From Felis catus (taxonomy: Eukaryota): a stretch of 64,000 nucleotides of DNA. Below the pieces are notes generated by a model. It was not told the origin of the DNA. It ran no database searches and saw only the letters and a list, made by a program, of their open reading frames with translations. Both the position numbers and the translations under genes were made by a program. This document shows, piece by piece, positions 27,566 through 42,483 of the stretch (the first letter of the stretch is position 1; each line of letters opens with the position of its first letter). The stretch covers positions 142,726,001 through 142,790,000 of the forward strand of contig NC_058368.1 of assembly GCF_018350175.1 (NCBI RefSeq), in the 5' to 3' direction.

Positions 27566-30476
27566 TCAAGTTCCCATCTTTTAAGAGAGAGCTCAGGATT
27601 TTTCATAGTAGAAAACAAGTGAACACCATTCCTGGCTAGTCTTTGATCTAAGACCAAACATACGGCCAATTTAATTCCTGGAAACTAAGGAGTGTGATAC
27701 ACTCATTCTAGTTTACCTTTTACACCAATTTATAGCATTTGACATTAGCGGTATTCTAGGTCAGCCTCTCCTTTTTTCTGAAAGCACTCTCTTCTTTGAG
27801 CTCCTACAGAATTCCTTGATGAGTTGAAAAACACTCAAAAAGACAACAACTGTTCAACCCAAGAATAATAATACAATTCTGTTAATGAGGCATTTCAATC
27901 TCATAAATGAATGGGGAAAAGTGACAAAGCAGACTGGGAGGGGGGCTCATATTTCATTCTTCATTACTGTTGATAAATTTTTAAAAATTCTATATTATAC
28001 AACTTACTGGATAGCTTAAGAAATATACATATGGAACTCAAAAAGACACCCAAATTTTTTAGTTCAGATCCTTGGAACTTAGAAACACCTTTTCCCCGAA
28101 GTCAAAATGTTAAAAACAGCTGTTAAATACTGAAATCATCACATTAAGACCTATTTAACGAAGGAAGTGAGGTAGTGAAAGGATGCCTATGATAATGTAC
28201 AACCTATGCTTCATTTGTACATTACTTCTATGGAAAAACATTCCAAATTGCAACTCCAAAGGCCAACGCTCAAATCTTTGACACTGCTTGAGCTCTGCCT
28301 CCACTCCCCCTCAATACGCACACTTTCTACTCCAGCCACACATACACCGAAACTTCTGAGTTCTCCCAGACCACAGTGAAGGGAACCCCGGGACATGCCC
28401 TGCCCAGGTGGTGAGGAAGGAGCCTGGGCTGAGATGTCTGGAGGGGAACAGATGTGCAGGGATATCGATGACCTCACAGTGTGGTATGAGGGTCTGCTGT
28501 TGGAAAAGCTGTCTGGGTCTTTAGCATTAGATCAGACCAACCCCAGCCATCAGCCATGGTCTGGATGAGAACAGGATTAAAATTGGAAGACTACAACAAT
28601 TTGCAGCCCACATAAAGTTTTTAAAATCAGGAAATATCACATAAAACTCTGTGGTTTTTAAAAAAATTTCCTTGAAAAATCAGAACTCCAACAACTCCAT
28701 GCCCACGCTCCATCTGGTAACAAATGGCTGGAGCGTGAAATAGAGGCCCTACTCCCAAGTGCGCTCCAATTTCTACAGCTTCCCCACTGTTCTGAGTGGC
28801 TTCACTTATGCAGGTTAGCAGCCTGGCCCCTGTAAACACCAGAGTTTGTGACCCTGGTCTAGATTCTCTGGGCAGGGCTGGAGAAATGAGAGAAGGGGCT
28901 CACTGCTCAAGGAGACCATGCTCTCAATCAGGTCATTACCAGCAACATGGCAACCCATCCACATTGGGAAGGAAAAAGGACAGGGGGCAGGTTATCCCCA
29001 GCCAGCAAGTGACCTCTAGAAGTGACAGCCAGGGAGGGTGTAGGGAAGAGTTCTTAAGAACACATCAGGGGGCGGAAGTAACGATTCTTGGACCATCATT
29101 AGTCTTATAAATATTCAGTATGGAAATCATTCTACTCACAGCAAAACATTACCTGAAAATCTTTCCCACAATTATTCCTTAGGGGGCTAAAGATATGACC
29201 ATCACCGTTGAGGGCTCAAAGTCATAAAACGGCAGCAATTCCCCCATTTTTCCAGTGGTCAGGCTTCTGTTAGTTCAAACAGAAGGAGCATAAGCTAAGA
29301 AGAGGGAGTAAAAAACTTCCTCTGAGGATGAGGCCTGTGACTGTCACAGGCCAGGCAAAGATCTCGCACTACCTCCCAACCACATCCTAATCACTTACAA
29401 GTATAGATAAAAGTGTTCCTCGAACAAAGTAAGTTCTCTTTTTTTTTTTTTCCCATTTCACCAGCAGTAATCTAGGGCCATACAGTGTATGGGCAGACAT
29501 ACACACACATCAACATGTCTCTGGTTCACCAGGAGGAGGCAAAATGGTGTAGAGGGCCACTCCTTTAATAAGGTGAGGCCAGATGCAACACAACTGAGAG
29601 TAGTTCCAGCCAATGTTGTAAACATTCCAAAAAAAAGTTTCAGTGCTCACAAGGTGAACTTTATCCATGAAACAACTCATTCCCCCAAAAGGCTAGGTGC
29701 GTAACATTTCAATACTATTGTTAAATGAAAAAAAAAAAAATTCATAGAGTACTCTTCTTTGTACTACACAATAGCCTAGTGGAAAAGATAATTAACTAGG
29801 GCTCTAGGGTTGTCCAATCACAATCAGGACCCTGCCTGCAGCCGCTTGTTCGAAGACCCCTGGCAGTGAACAGACATAGTCAATTTCCCCATACCTGCCT
29901 ATGTGGGCTGAGCTCACTGATAGCCTAAAGCAAGCAGTCGCCATCCTGGGGATGGCCTCAGTTTTACTGTGCCGTCTACTGACTTGAGTTCTCATCATGC
30001 CTGGGCCTTTGGAGACCCATGGGCCCATTCTGACCTTAAAGACATGATTCAAAGCACTGTAGTCCTGGAGCTGAGTTTTGATCTCTCCCTTGCTCTTTCT
30101 TGGGTCCTGATCTCTGCTCCGACCAAGCCAGTTACAGCTGTCACCTTTACACCAACCCTAACTATAATCCTTTCAGGCTTCTTAAGAATATAAAACGAAA
30201 TCCTAGATGTGAATCATGACCAAATGTTTAAGTATTACATAAAAGTATGACATTATTACCTAAAGTTATTAGCATGTTGATAAGATGCTGAGGGTTCTTT
30301 TCCCTTTCTTATTATGCCATACGACTCCTAAGATACATACTCCAAATATCCTCACCATGCTAAGAAACCTGATTTCAGTGAAGAAGAAAGCCTCACTTTC
30401 ATTTCTTTAGTAGATTTTCCTAATCTAAAGTACAAATTTTAAAAAATATGATGCACTTGTAAACTGTTATTCTATT

Positions 30477-30690
30477 GGGGCTCCTGGGTGGTTAAGTCAG
30501 TTGAGCATCAGACTTTGGCTCAGGTCATGATCTTACAGCTCGTGAGTTCGAGCCCCACATCGGGCTCTGTTCTGACAGCTCAGAGCCTGGTGCCTGCTCC
30601 CGATCCTGTGTGTGTGTCTCTCTCTCCGCCCTCCCGTTCTCAGGTTCTGTTTCTCTCTCTCTCAAAAATAAATAAAGGTTAAAAAATTTT
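30477..30690 (+). mobile_element. Can-SINE, TSD TGTTATTCTATTG
   Basis: SINE consensus with flanking direct repeats. Confidence 0.9.
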
Positions 30691-32206
30691 TTCAATTGTT
30701 ATTCTATTGTTGACTTTCAAATTAAGACACTTCTGTCCAACTTGTGTCATGGAAAAGTGTCTACGACTAGAAATTCACATTTGCTTTAAGAAGCTTCTAG
30801 TAGGTTAGATTTATGAGAAAACTTTTATTTTTATTCTGCAAAGTGTTGAGGGGGGCTATTTTTAACTGAAAGATAGTTTATAGACATGTTACTTTTACAC
30901 TGCAGTGTTAGTACTAAAGGAATGACCCTGTAGAAAAAAAGACATTCCTTCCCAACACATGTGCAGTGGTTATTAGCAGTCTCTCCCTGAAACCAGCACC
31001 AACTGTGTTTCTGTGACAAAGCAGCTCCATATGCTCTTTTCCCCTCAAGTGCTCTTTAAAATAGGCACATTTTTAAGATGGCTTGTGGATACTTCATGTG
31101 TATTTCTTTAATGATTTCCACCTTAGGACAAGTGGCCTATGTTGCAGTCTATATATAACACCTAAGAAACTGGCACAGAATTAGATTCACCATTGGGATA
31201 AAACGATGAAAAGCACAGCTCCTGGAACTATGTGATTCATCATTTTACTGAGAATTGAAAATGTAAACATCCACATTAGCTGTCTCAAACAAACATTCTG
31301 GGACTGTCACTCAGTATTGACTATTTCATTCATTTATGTCCACGCTTGAAACTTTATCTTGAGGATGTTGGGAATGCTGGACACTGCTTCAGAATATTTC
31401 AGACACTGTAGGAAAATGAGCATTCTCTCATCTGGTAATTTCTGTAATGCTACCTCTGAGCAGCACTATATTAATAACACAAGTTTGGATAGCTTGTGAG
31501 CTCTTCGGGCCTCATTTCCCTCGGTTCCTGTGCTTTCCACACCACACCAGATAAGGCAGGCCACCCACCAGGAACTATTTCACCCAGCTGCTTCCTCTTA
31601 TCCGCTTAATGTTAGGGGCACTGTGAGAGAATACTCTATTGTTGCCTAATGGGAACTAATTTTTGCTGTAGGCATATTATAGTGGTTGCATGATTAAGGC
31701 AGTGTTATATTGTAAGCCTGTAAAAGGCAGCTGGCTTGAGCTTGCCCCTCTGTGTTTGAAGGGAATCAATTATTGTGACTGCACATCAGAATCACTGGTG
31801 GGAGGTGGGAGCAGAGGGGTAATTAAATACCAGTGGTACACACCCCCCCCACCGCCAATAAATCACAATATTTGTTACTGGGGTTTATTACAACCTTTCC
31901 AGATGAGCCCAATATACTGTCAAGACTGGAATCACCAAGCTGAATCACACAGTTGAGTTAATATTCTTTGATCTTCGATATTAGCTGTGAACTAGGGAAG
32001 ACTGTTGAATGCATTTAGCTCTGGAGTCAGTGCGGGTTTCAATTCTGATTCTGACTCTCAGTAGCTCTGTGACCTTGAACAAGTTAACTTGTTTGCTTAT
32101 ATCTGTAAAACAGTGCCTACCTCAAAGGGCAAGGTAAGAACCATAATTCCCTTAAGACTTTATCTTATTGTTTGGGTTTTTAGCACTATCTATAAAACAC
32201 CAAGCA

Positions 32207-32445
32207 GGGGCGCCTGTGTGGCTCAGTCGGTTAAGCGTCAGACTTCGGCTCAGGTAATGATCTCGCGGTCTGCGAGTTTGAGGCCCGAGTCAGGCTCTGT
32301 GCTGGCAGCTCGGAGCCTGGAGCCTGCTTCAGATTCTGTGTCTCCTCCTCTCCCTCTGTCCTTTCCATGCTCATACTCTGTCTCTGTCTCTCAATAATAA
32401 ATAAACGTTAAAAAATTTTTTTTTAATAAATAAATAAAAAAAATA
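32207..32445 (+). mobile_element. Can-SINE, TSD ATAAAACACCAAGCA
   Basis: SINE consensus with flanking direct repeats. Confidence 0.9.
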
Positions 32446-33532
32446 AAACACCAAGCATACAGAGGAAAACTGAGAACCTAAGCCAATTACCTAGCAGTTA
32501 TCTTTCCACATCTCTGAATATTGGCTCAGATCTAGATTTAGGACTCACATATGTCCACATATTGGAGCAAATGTTCTGATCCTACAGGTTCCATAGCTAG
32601 CACAGTCACTCCAAACTGGTCAGCATGTAAGAGTGATAAAAAGCCCAAGCAGGGCAAAACTGAGGAGAGATACCAGGTAAGACCCCCAACACTTAGAATA
32701 GGTAAAGGTTTAGCCAAGAAGAAACTATGTCAAAAAGGGAGTCAGTGGCCAGGTACCACATCTGAACAGGTATATAAAATGAAATCCAAATTGTGATCTA
32801 CCCTGAGGACATTCAGTTGCCAAAGAGGAAAACTGGAGAAAATTGGAAGCACCAGATAATACTGCACATTCTGGAATTTGCTACGTCAGGGTCTCATTGA
32901 AGGACTAATTTCATCAGTGTCCTAATGCAGTTCTTAATGAAGCCACATTTTGGGCCCAGTATCTGACAACACGAATATGTGACCCAATTTTAAAGGTATA
33001 TTCAGAGAATTTAGCTTCTGAAGCTAACTCTAGATTAACAACAACAACAACAAAAATTGTTTTTAAGGCAATTCTGACTCTCTTCTATTTTTACCTTTAA
33101 ATAAATCAAAAGATTCTATTATGTGACATACACAGTGACTTCAGTGTATTAAATGTAAAAACCAGGCTCATCAGTATACCATGTTTAGGGAATGAAAGAT
33201 TTAATGTTGTTAAGATACACATTCTCGTGAAGTTGGTCTACAGATTCAATGAAATCCAAATCCAAGCAGGAACTTTTTGGTAGAAATTGACCAGCTCATT
33301 CTAAAGTTAACATAGGAATGCAAAATATCTAGAATACCTAAAATACAAAGTTAAGAGGACTTGCCCTGAACCTAAAGCTTGTTGATCTCATAACAGGAAA
33401 TTTGCCATAATATAGCTTCATCTTTGTACACAAGCCTATCACTTAAAAAAAGTCAATGTACTAATTGCTTATAGCACATGCACAAAATACACCAAAATAA
33501 TAAAACTATATTTCTACTAAAACACTGTAGAC

Positions 33533-33735
33533 ACAGTATTCCTCAAAGTGTGATCTGGGGACCCATTTGGCATCAGAATTACCCTTGATGAGTTTCTTTA
33601 AAATGCTGATGTACAGATTTTCCCCAGACCCAAAGAATGAGTCTCTTAGAGATGGGCTCTAAGGAATTTCTATTTTTATCAAGCTTTCTCGGGCTGATTC
33701 CAATATACTCCAAAATTTGAAAAATCCCTAGAACG
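33533..33735. mobile_element. MER5-like hAT DNA transposon relic
   Basis: CAGTATTCCTCAAAGTGTG...GCATCAGAATTACC...TTTGAAAAATCCCTAG resembles the recalled MER5A/B consensus. Confidence 0.65.
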
Positions 33736-33787
33736 GATTTTTTCCTAAACAAGCAGCCTTTTTCTATATTCACCTGAAGAGATGCTA

Positions 33788-34048
<261 letters not shown>

Positions 34049-36970
34049 TCAGCATAGCATAAAACTTGTTAAACAAACTAATGTTTCAGCCTTTAATTGC
34101 CTAGTGCAATTGATTACCCATGACAAGGCTAATCAAATGACAAGGCTAATCAGAGCACCACTTCTTAACATCTCTATATGTGTTAGCAGGAGGCATTAAA
34201 ATGTTATAAAAAAAAAAAAATCAAAACCATTCTTCAGGCAAGTCTTCAGAACATAAGGCTCTGTCATGTAACTCTCAAATTCAGTAAAGTGACAAAATCT
34301 TAATCTTTTAAAGCCATCTAACGGCAAAAATAGCATACGGTTAATGTGATTTCTTACAAATTTGTACTCTGAGGTGATCACATAAATGAACACAGGATTC
34401 AAATAATGTTGATATTGACCTTGGGAGACTGGCTTCAAGGTTATTTATAGAAGCAGCTCTAGGCAGAATCATCTTTAGTCAGATGCTGACACCCACTGGT
34501 GAATGATACAAACCTTTCCAAACAGAAGCTCTAGACATAATTTAACAGAGCCAAAAGATCAAATTAATGTGGTGCAAGAAAGTAGATTTTTCTACCTACG
34601 GCGATCTCAGTTTTGCCCCAAACTTGAATGGTACCAACTGCCTATCTCACAATTTGGATTTAAACATGAAAAGAAATGGGTCTTCTCAATGAATCGCTGT
34701 TTCTGAAAATGTTCTCTATTTTCCTAAAATATTAAAATCATGCAAATTGTATGACTCCATTTATATGAAATGTCCAGAATAGGCAAATCTATAGACGCAA
34801 AAAGTGTGTCGGCAGTTGCCTAGGGCTGGTGGGGGAAAATGGGGAGTGACTGCTAATAGGGATGGGGTTTCTGTTTGGGGTAATGAAAATATTCTGCAAT
34901 TGGATTGGATGACAGTGGCACCACCTGTGAATTTATTAAAAATCAATAAATTGCACACGTTTTAGTTGGGTGAATTATATGGTGTGTGAAATACACTTCA
35001 ATACAACCATTAAAAAGAAATAAGCTCTGAGCCATCTCCTAACAAACAATGCTTATTAACCTTAAAATGAGGTTGATAAAATTGGTCTAGCCCTTTCCCC
35101 AGTCCTGAACATTCTCTATAATCACAATCAAAAGCCTTACACAGTTTACATTAAAAAATGAATTCATTTTTAATTAATTTCCTCCTTTTCCATGATTCAA
35201 TAAATTCAAAGTCCTGAATACAATGAATACCTTCGGTGTTAAGAACACCTTTTAAATAGTAATCTTTTCTCCTGATGATGTATGTAAGAGAAAGGGAAAT
35301 CCAATGCATTTGTTAATTAATATATAGTAGAGAAAGAAATGTATCCACAGAAGAAATTTTAGCCCTTATATGGATGATTAGAGAGGTCAGGAAACTGGGG
35401 TTCTAGCTGAGATTTTTAATAACTCCTGGGTATTAGAGCTTGAGGAAATCACTTCAGGTTATTTCTGTGTAAACGTTAAATGTTTTCTATTACTTGGGAG
35501 AATATAAGCATAGCATATATTTGATTAAAAGATATATGAACTATAAATATTAAAAAGATATTACAAATAGGATGTTTCCAGGAATAGAACTATTTATTTA
35601 CATACTTGGCCAGACTGATACCCAACAACCATGTGACAATCATATACAGCTTTTATCACAACAGTGATTCACAGATTTGAACTTACATGCTGAGCCTAAA
35701 GAAGATGGCAACCTATGTTTTTTTGGGAAAAATCAGAAAATACTTTTCTTTATATTTATTTATTTTTGAGAGAGAAGAGAGAATGTGAGCAGAACCCAAT
35801 ATGGGGCTCAAACCTACAAACTACGAAATCATGACCTGAGCCAAAATCAAGAGTCCGACACTTAACTGACGTAGCCACCCAGGTGCCCCAGAAAATATAT
35901 TTTGAACAACTAACCCTCTGACTTTTTTATTTAACAGTTTTATTGAGATATGATTCATATACCATCTAAGTCACGCATTTAAAGTTTACAATTCAATGGT
36001 TTTTAAGGTATTCAGAGTTGTGCAACCAGCCCCACAATTATCTGACTAGTTTTTTAACTTAACATCAAAGTCATAACAGTGATAACAACTGTATAGTCAT
36101 TAAACCCTCCTATCTACAAATCCATATGAATGTGGGCTATTTGTTCATCTGAATCCTCAGGCTTCTCAATTCTCATAGAAGAATATGATTTTCTTCTGTA
36201 CAATTGAATTTTTAAATACATGACTTGGCTTTTAGTAAAAGAAAATTAAAAACCTGTAGTCCTTTCTCTGCCAGAGTATAGGTATTAACCCATCTTTCAG
36301 CAAAGGCCTGAGTAAAAATTGTCAAAGGATATACAGGCTGTTTCTTCCTCTAGAATTTCCAAAATGAAAGAGGTCTGACACCCAAGTCTGACTTTAACCG
36401 TTATTTCAGGATGCTGAGGATATATCCAGCTTCATCAAGGAAGAATGCCATGATTAATTAGCAATGTGTAGAGAACCTGTATGGGAGCAAGGCGCATATG
36501 GCCTCATGCCTGATATCCCTGCATCTCAACTTTAACCCCAGATCCAACACGGCACAACAGAGCTGTGTGCTTCGACTGCATTGTTTGGGCTCTGTATAAT
36601 CACCGAAATGCACGTTGGCACTCTTGCCCTATCTTGAATAAAAAGGAATGTTTCAAGAAACACGTACAAGAAAACCACCACTATATTACTAAAATGCTGG
36701 TTTTGACGATGTTGTCCACCTCACCTTTTCCCAAAGGAGAAATTTCTCAGGTCTAAGAGCCAGAAAATGCTTTACTCTTCCTGAACATCTGGCTTCCATT
36801 TATCTTATAAATAATGCGACTCTTACAACCATCTCCTTTTTTTTTTTTTTTTTTTTTTAGACATAAGAAATCTAAAGTTGCAGAGTTCAATGTGAAGTTC
36901 ACCTACAGCCAGGAAGGTTTTTTGTGAGTTGGTGACATGCTGCGATTCCATCTTTTTCTACTCACCCTCA

Positions 36971-37950
36971 TTTTTATTTTATTTTATTTTATTTTATTTT
37001 ATTTTATTTTATTTTATTTTATTTTATTTTATTTTATTTTTAAACTTATTTTAGAAAGAGAGAGAGAGAGAACATGAGCAGGGGAGAGGGGCAGAAGGAG
37101 AGAAAGAGAATCCCAAGCAAGTTCACACTCAGCATGGACCCTGACACGGGGTTCGATCCCATGACAGTGAGATCATGACCTGAGCCAAAATCAGAGTCAG
37201 ACACTCAACTTACTGAGGTACCCAAGCACCCCTATTCTATTTATCTTTAAACTTTTTATGTTCAGTGTGTGTTCCTTTTTGGATGTGATAGATTGTAAAT
37301 AAATGAAGAGACAAATGAGAGAAGTACGTAGCTAAACCGCCAGACAGCACGAGATGAAAGGAACTCATCAGAAAGATACATAGCCACTGGTAAGATTAAT
37401 AGGCTATTAATTAAGACACAGCTTGTAACAGGTTAAAAGAGGGTGAGTTTTAAAACTAACTTTGGGTTTCACATTTTTATACAGCTATCCAGTCCATAAA
37501 ATACTTCTGATTTCTTATTAACCTTCCTATTACCATTTGTTATTTATTTTTTTGATTGGTCTTCCCCAATCTAGTGATTTCAAAAACAGACCTCACAGAA
37601 GGGTAGAAGGATGCCAATGAAGTCTCCTCCACAGTCTCCAGAAAAAAAATCTTTGGGACAGCCCATGGAGAGAAAAAGATAGTGTGAGACTTTGTGAAGG
37701 AAATATTCTTGTGTTGGGTTTTGCCCGGAATTGTTTTATTTTTAATTATTTTTCATGCTTATTTATTTTTGACAGGGCGAAACAGAGCGTGAGTGGGAGA
37801 TGGGCAGAAAGAGAGGGAGACATATAATCCGAAGCAGGCTCCAGGCTCTGAGCTGTCAGCACTGAGCCTGATGTGGGGCTTGAACTCACAAACCGTGAGA
37901 TCATAAGCAGAGCTGAAGTCAGATGCTTAACTGAGGCACCCAGCCACCCC
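36971..37950 (-). mobile_element. Two Can-SINEs (36971-37232 with a (TTTTA)n tail; ~37735-37950)
   Basis: SINE consensus on the reverse strand; pentanucleotide tail expansion at 36971-37041. Confidence 0.88.
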
Positions 37951-38251
37951 TGGAATTTTTTAAAAAAGCAAGTGTATCCCCTTTTGGTAATAAGGTTCTC
38001 TAGAGTACAGTGGTCTTAGATGTGGACGTAGCAAACTCTTTCAAGGCCCCAACATGGCTTTTAATACTCTGGCAAAGGTAAGTGCCTCCCTGTGGACTGC
38101 TGCCCACCACGAGCAGAGCAGAGAGCCAGGTTTCTGGAGGTGGCATTAGAAAGTTGCCCCACGGCAATGCTGAATGATTCATTCTGTGTTCAAGTTTCCA
38201 GCTATGTGATTACACTTGGGTGTGTTTTATGAGATGGCTGCAGCTAGTCTA

Positions 38252-38491
<240 letters not shown>

Positions 38492-39022
38492 TTATAGATC
38501 GATGATGTTGAAACATTCTGAACAAGTAGATAAAGTGGATGCCTAACGTACTGCACATATCTGTAGACCTGAATGTTCAACTCAATTCCTGTACCAGCTC
38601 AAGGATATTTCTGCATGGTTCTTTACTCACTTATTCAAATAAGGTAGTGAACATATAAACAGGATTGGAAAAAATGAATAAAAGCACTATAACAAACATT
38701 AGATATTTCAATAAATATTTATCAAGGAATTATGTTAGAAATCATTAACCTAACATTTCACTTCCCACCTCAAAAAAAGTAACCATAATATGAAGTGTGA
38801 ACCTACCAAGGAAAAAGTGTTCCAATTTTTGGGCACATGAGAAATTGGTGTTTGGTTTAGAAGGAGCTTCTGTAATCTTTCGAGATTAGGTGATTTTTTT
38901 TTAAGGGTTATTTGAAAATATAATGAAAATAATGACTTGCATGTCTTATTCTACTTTTATGGAAACGATAATTTCAAATGTCAGTGACCAACCTTTTCTT
39001 AAGAAAAAAAAGAAAGTAGCCA

Positions 39023-39270
39023 GGGCACCTGGGTGGCTCAGTTGGTTAGGCATCCAACTTTGGCTCAGGTCATGATCTCATAGTTCATGAGTTCGAGCCC
39101 CACATCGGGCTCTGTGCTGACAGCTTGCAGTCTGGAGCCTGCTTCAGATTCTGTATCTTGCTCACTCTCTGCCCCTCCCCTGCTCACACTTTATCTCTCC
39201 CTCTCTGTCTCTCCCTTTCTCTCAAAAATGAATAAACATTTAAAAAATTTAAAAAAGAAAGGGAAAAAAA
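39023..39270 (+). mobile_element. Can-SINE
   Basis: SINE consensus. Confidence 0.9.
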
Positions 39271-39329
39271 AAGCAGCCGTCTGACCTATAAGTTAAGAGC
39301 AGCTTACACTATTACGCCCAGGGTTCAAG

Positions 39330-39800
39330 GACCACACAATAATCAGCTGTTAAGAAATGATCACGTATTGAGTCTTGGTGTGATATTAAAACAGAATATC
39401 CACAATTACATGAAAAGGCTATTAAAATTACCCTTCCTTTTCCAACCACCTTTGTAAGGCTAGATCTTCTTCATAAACTTTTACCAAAACAATGACAGAT
39501 TGTAATAAGCTATCTTCTATTAATAAAAGACACATACAAAAATACATAACAATACCACTCTTCTTGCAATTATCTTGTTTGGGATAATATAGGTACTTTA
39601 CACAAGTTATTTATGTTAACATATAATGGAATTATTGTTGCTGTTTTTCAGTGAACAAAAATATTTTTAAACTTCCATTTTAATTTCTGATATGGTGAAT
39701 TTTGAAAGGTGTAAGCCACCTAACATAAGCTCTTTAGGTTCCGTAATAATTTTTAACCAGATGCAGAGGTCCTAAGACCAAAAAGGTTGAGAAGTGATGT
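39330..39800 (+). mobile_element. Charlie1-like hAT transposon 3' relic
   Basis: GAATATCCACAATTACATGAAAAGGCTATTAAAAT...CCTTTTCCAACCACC and terminal GTCCTAAGACCAAAAAGGTTGAGAA resemble the recalled Charlie1 3' end. Confidence 0.6.
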
Positions 39801-40544
39801 ATAATGTCCAATAGTGGTCACTGGTGACAGAGATGATTCTTTGGAGAGGGTGGCAAAAGAAACTTCAAAAAGAGACATTTGAGCAGTAATCTCAATCAAA
39901 GGAGAGAGTGACAGAGCCTTGGAAAAAGCTGAGGCAAGAATCATCTAGGCGTAAGAGATAAAAAGTGCAAAGACCCTGAGCCCTGAACTTGCTAGAAGAA
40001 TCCGAAGGCCAGCATGGAAGCATTGTGGCCCGTCACAGTTCCTATGCTGATAAGTGCCACTGCGCCCCCTGCTGGGGCATGACTGGAGTCCCTGGGGGCT
40101 CTGCCCTGCCCGGCTCCTCCCTTCCACTAAACCTCACACCCCTTCTCCTGCTCCTAGCTTAGCCAGGGAGGTACTTTCCTTTAAATGAAATGGGGCTGGG
40201 GTCTCCCATTCAACTCTGCACTGGAGACAAGCTCTCCCTAGAAAAGGCGAGCCACTCCTGATTTCCCTAGCATAAATGGGTCTCTGGGGACACAGAAGGT
40301 TGAGAGTGCCAGTTCTCAACCCAAGCCATAACTCTCTGGCCTCCATTAGCTGTCAGGTGGGTAGCAAGCAACTATTAATAAGTGGCAAAAATGTGTTTGC
40401 AAATGATTTACTGGCTTTTATAATTTAAAGCAGAATGCACAAAGCTCGGGGAATTAAATCCCATCTCAGCTCTATCACCAAGGGCTTATTAAGCATTCAA
40501 CTGCCACAGTAATAACTGTAAGCTTTGTTATCAATAACATTTCT

Positions 40545-41696
40545 TTAAAAAAATTTTTTTTAACTTTTATTTATTTTTGAGAGACAGAGAGAGAAAGAGC
40601 ACAAGTGGGTGAGGAGCAGAGAGAGGGAGACACAGAATCCGAAGCAGGCTCCAGGCTCTGAGCTGTCAGCACAGAGTCCGATGTGGGGCTCGAACTGATG
40701 AACCGTGAGATCATGACCTGAGCCGAAGTCAGATGCTTAACCGACTGAGCCACACAGGTGCCCCTGTTATCAATAACATTTCATGCCTTCTCCACTACAT
40801 TTCAATTCGCTTTCTTGAGAGATGGGGTGGCATAATAGAGAATACGCACCTGAGCCTGGACCTGCCCCAGAAGCATGTTGTGGTCATGTGAATAACAGAT
40901 AAAATGTACACTGAAACTTCACATCCGCAGTTTTATTGGCACTACTGAATACTGATTAATCACTGATTTTCTCAGATTCAAATACTGACTACACAGACCA
41001 GAAAGATTTTTATCTCACATTATTTTTATCTTATTTTAAATACATGGCAATAAACGGATACAAAGTAGAAACCAAAAAAAAAAAAAATTCACACTCATAA
41101 TCTTTTTTTTCTCATTTATTATAAGCTACTATTGAAAAAAGCTTTCTCGCAAGCTTTGACACTGTTTTGAATTTCATTTTTGGGTCTCTTTCCAGAACTG
41201 ATGTTATTTGAGTTGCACCTGCCATTGCTTCATTTCCTGCTATCTTTCCATACCCTTTTTTAAAAATATTTTTATCTGTTTTTGAGAGGGAGACAGAGCA
41301 TGAGCAGGGGAGGGGTAGGGAGCAAGAGAGAGACACAGAATCCGAAGCAGGCTCCAGGCTCTGAGCTGTCAGCACGGAGCCCGACATCGGGGTTCGAATC
41401 CATGGACTGCAAGATCATGACCTGAGCCGAAGTCGGACGCTTAACCACTGAGCTACCAAGGCACTCCTCTTTCCATACCCTTTTAAAGTTTTTTTTAATG
41501 TTTTATTTATTTTTGAGAGAGAGAGAGTGCGAGCCAGGGAGGGGCAGAGAGTGAGAGGGAGACACAGAATCCGAAGCAGGCTCCAGGCTCTGAGCTGTCA
41601 GCACAGAACCCAATGTGGGGCTCGAACTCACAGACCGTGAGATCGTGACCCGAGCCAAAGTCGGACGCTTAACCGACTAAGCCACCCAGGTGCCCC
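40545..41696 (-). mobile_element. Three Can-SINEs (40545-40764; tandem 41260-41467 and 41485-41696)
   Basis: SINE consensus; TSDs TGTTATCAATAACATTTC and TCTTTCCATACCCTTTT. Confidence 0.92.
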
Positions 41697-42430
41697 TCTT
41701 TCCATACCCTTTTAAAAGAACCATATAAAATATCTTTAAGGTGAAATTAAAACGGATTGCTTTTTAAGGTGATGGATACGTTCACTCTCTTGATTGTGGT
41801 GATAAGTAGATACATATCAAAACTTAATCAAATTCTATACTTTAAATATGTGGTTTATTGTATGTCAATCACACATCACTAAAACTATTTAAAAATAAAA
41901 GTGAGTTTAAGTTTTCTATTAAGATTTCTATGCCTTTCCTAGAAATCACTGGACACCTCCACTGGGATATGTGCCAGATGCCTTCCACTTGCTTTCTGAA
42001 TCCACATTCTGCCTTCTGTCCTGCTCTCTGCCCTGGGGAAGCTGACCTATGGGAACCAAATCAAAGAACTCTGCACCTTATGGCTTCTAAGTGGGTTCAG
42101 CCAAGGGGGAGCCCTGACACGAAATTACAGGGAGAGAAGAGATAGGCCAGTTCTGTGCAGGCCATCCTGAAGGCAGCCTTCTCTACATGACACTCTCTGT
42201 CTCTAGGTTCTTTCCTTCCTTCCCCTCCGGTCCAGGGCTAGTAACATTTCCACTGGGTTATACGCTTTTACTTGGGGTCCCCTTCCCCCAACTCACACTC
42301 TTGAAAACAGTCCCCTTATAAGTAAACTTCCCTAAATATCCTAATTTGGCTATGCCAGCTCCTTCCAGCTGGGATCCTGAATAATAAGGATGTTACAATA
42401 TCCAGGCAGGGAACAAGAAACACTGCTCTC

Positions 42431-42433
<3 letters not shown>

Positions 42434-42481
<48 letters not shown>
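42434..42481. repeat. (AC)n microsatellite
   Basis: Uninterrupted dinucleotide run. Confidence 0.95.
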
Positions 42482-42483
<2 letters not shown>

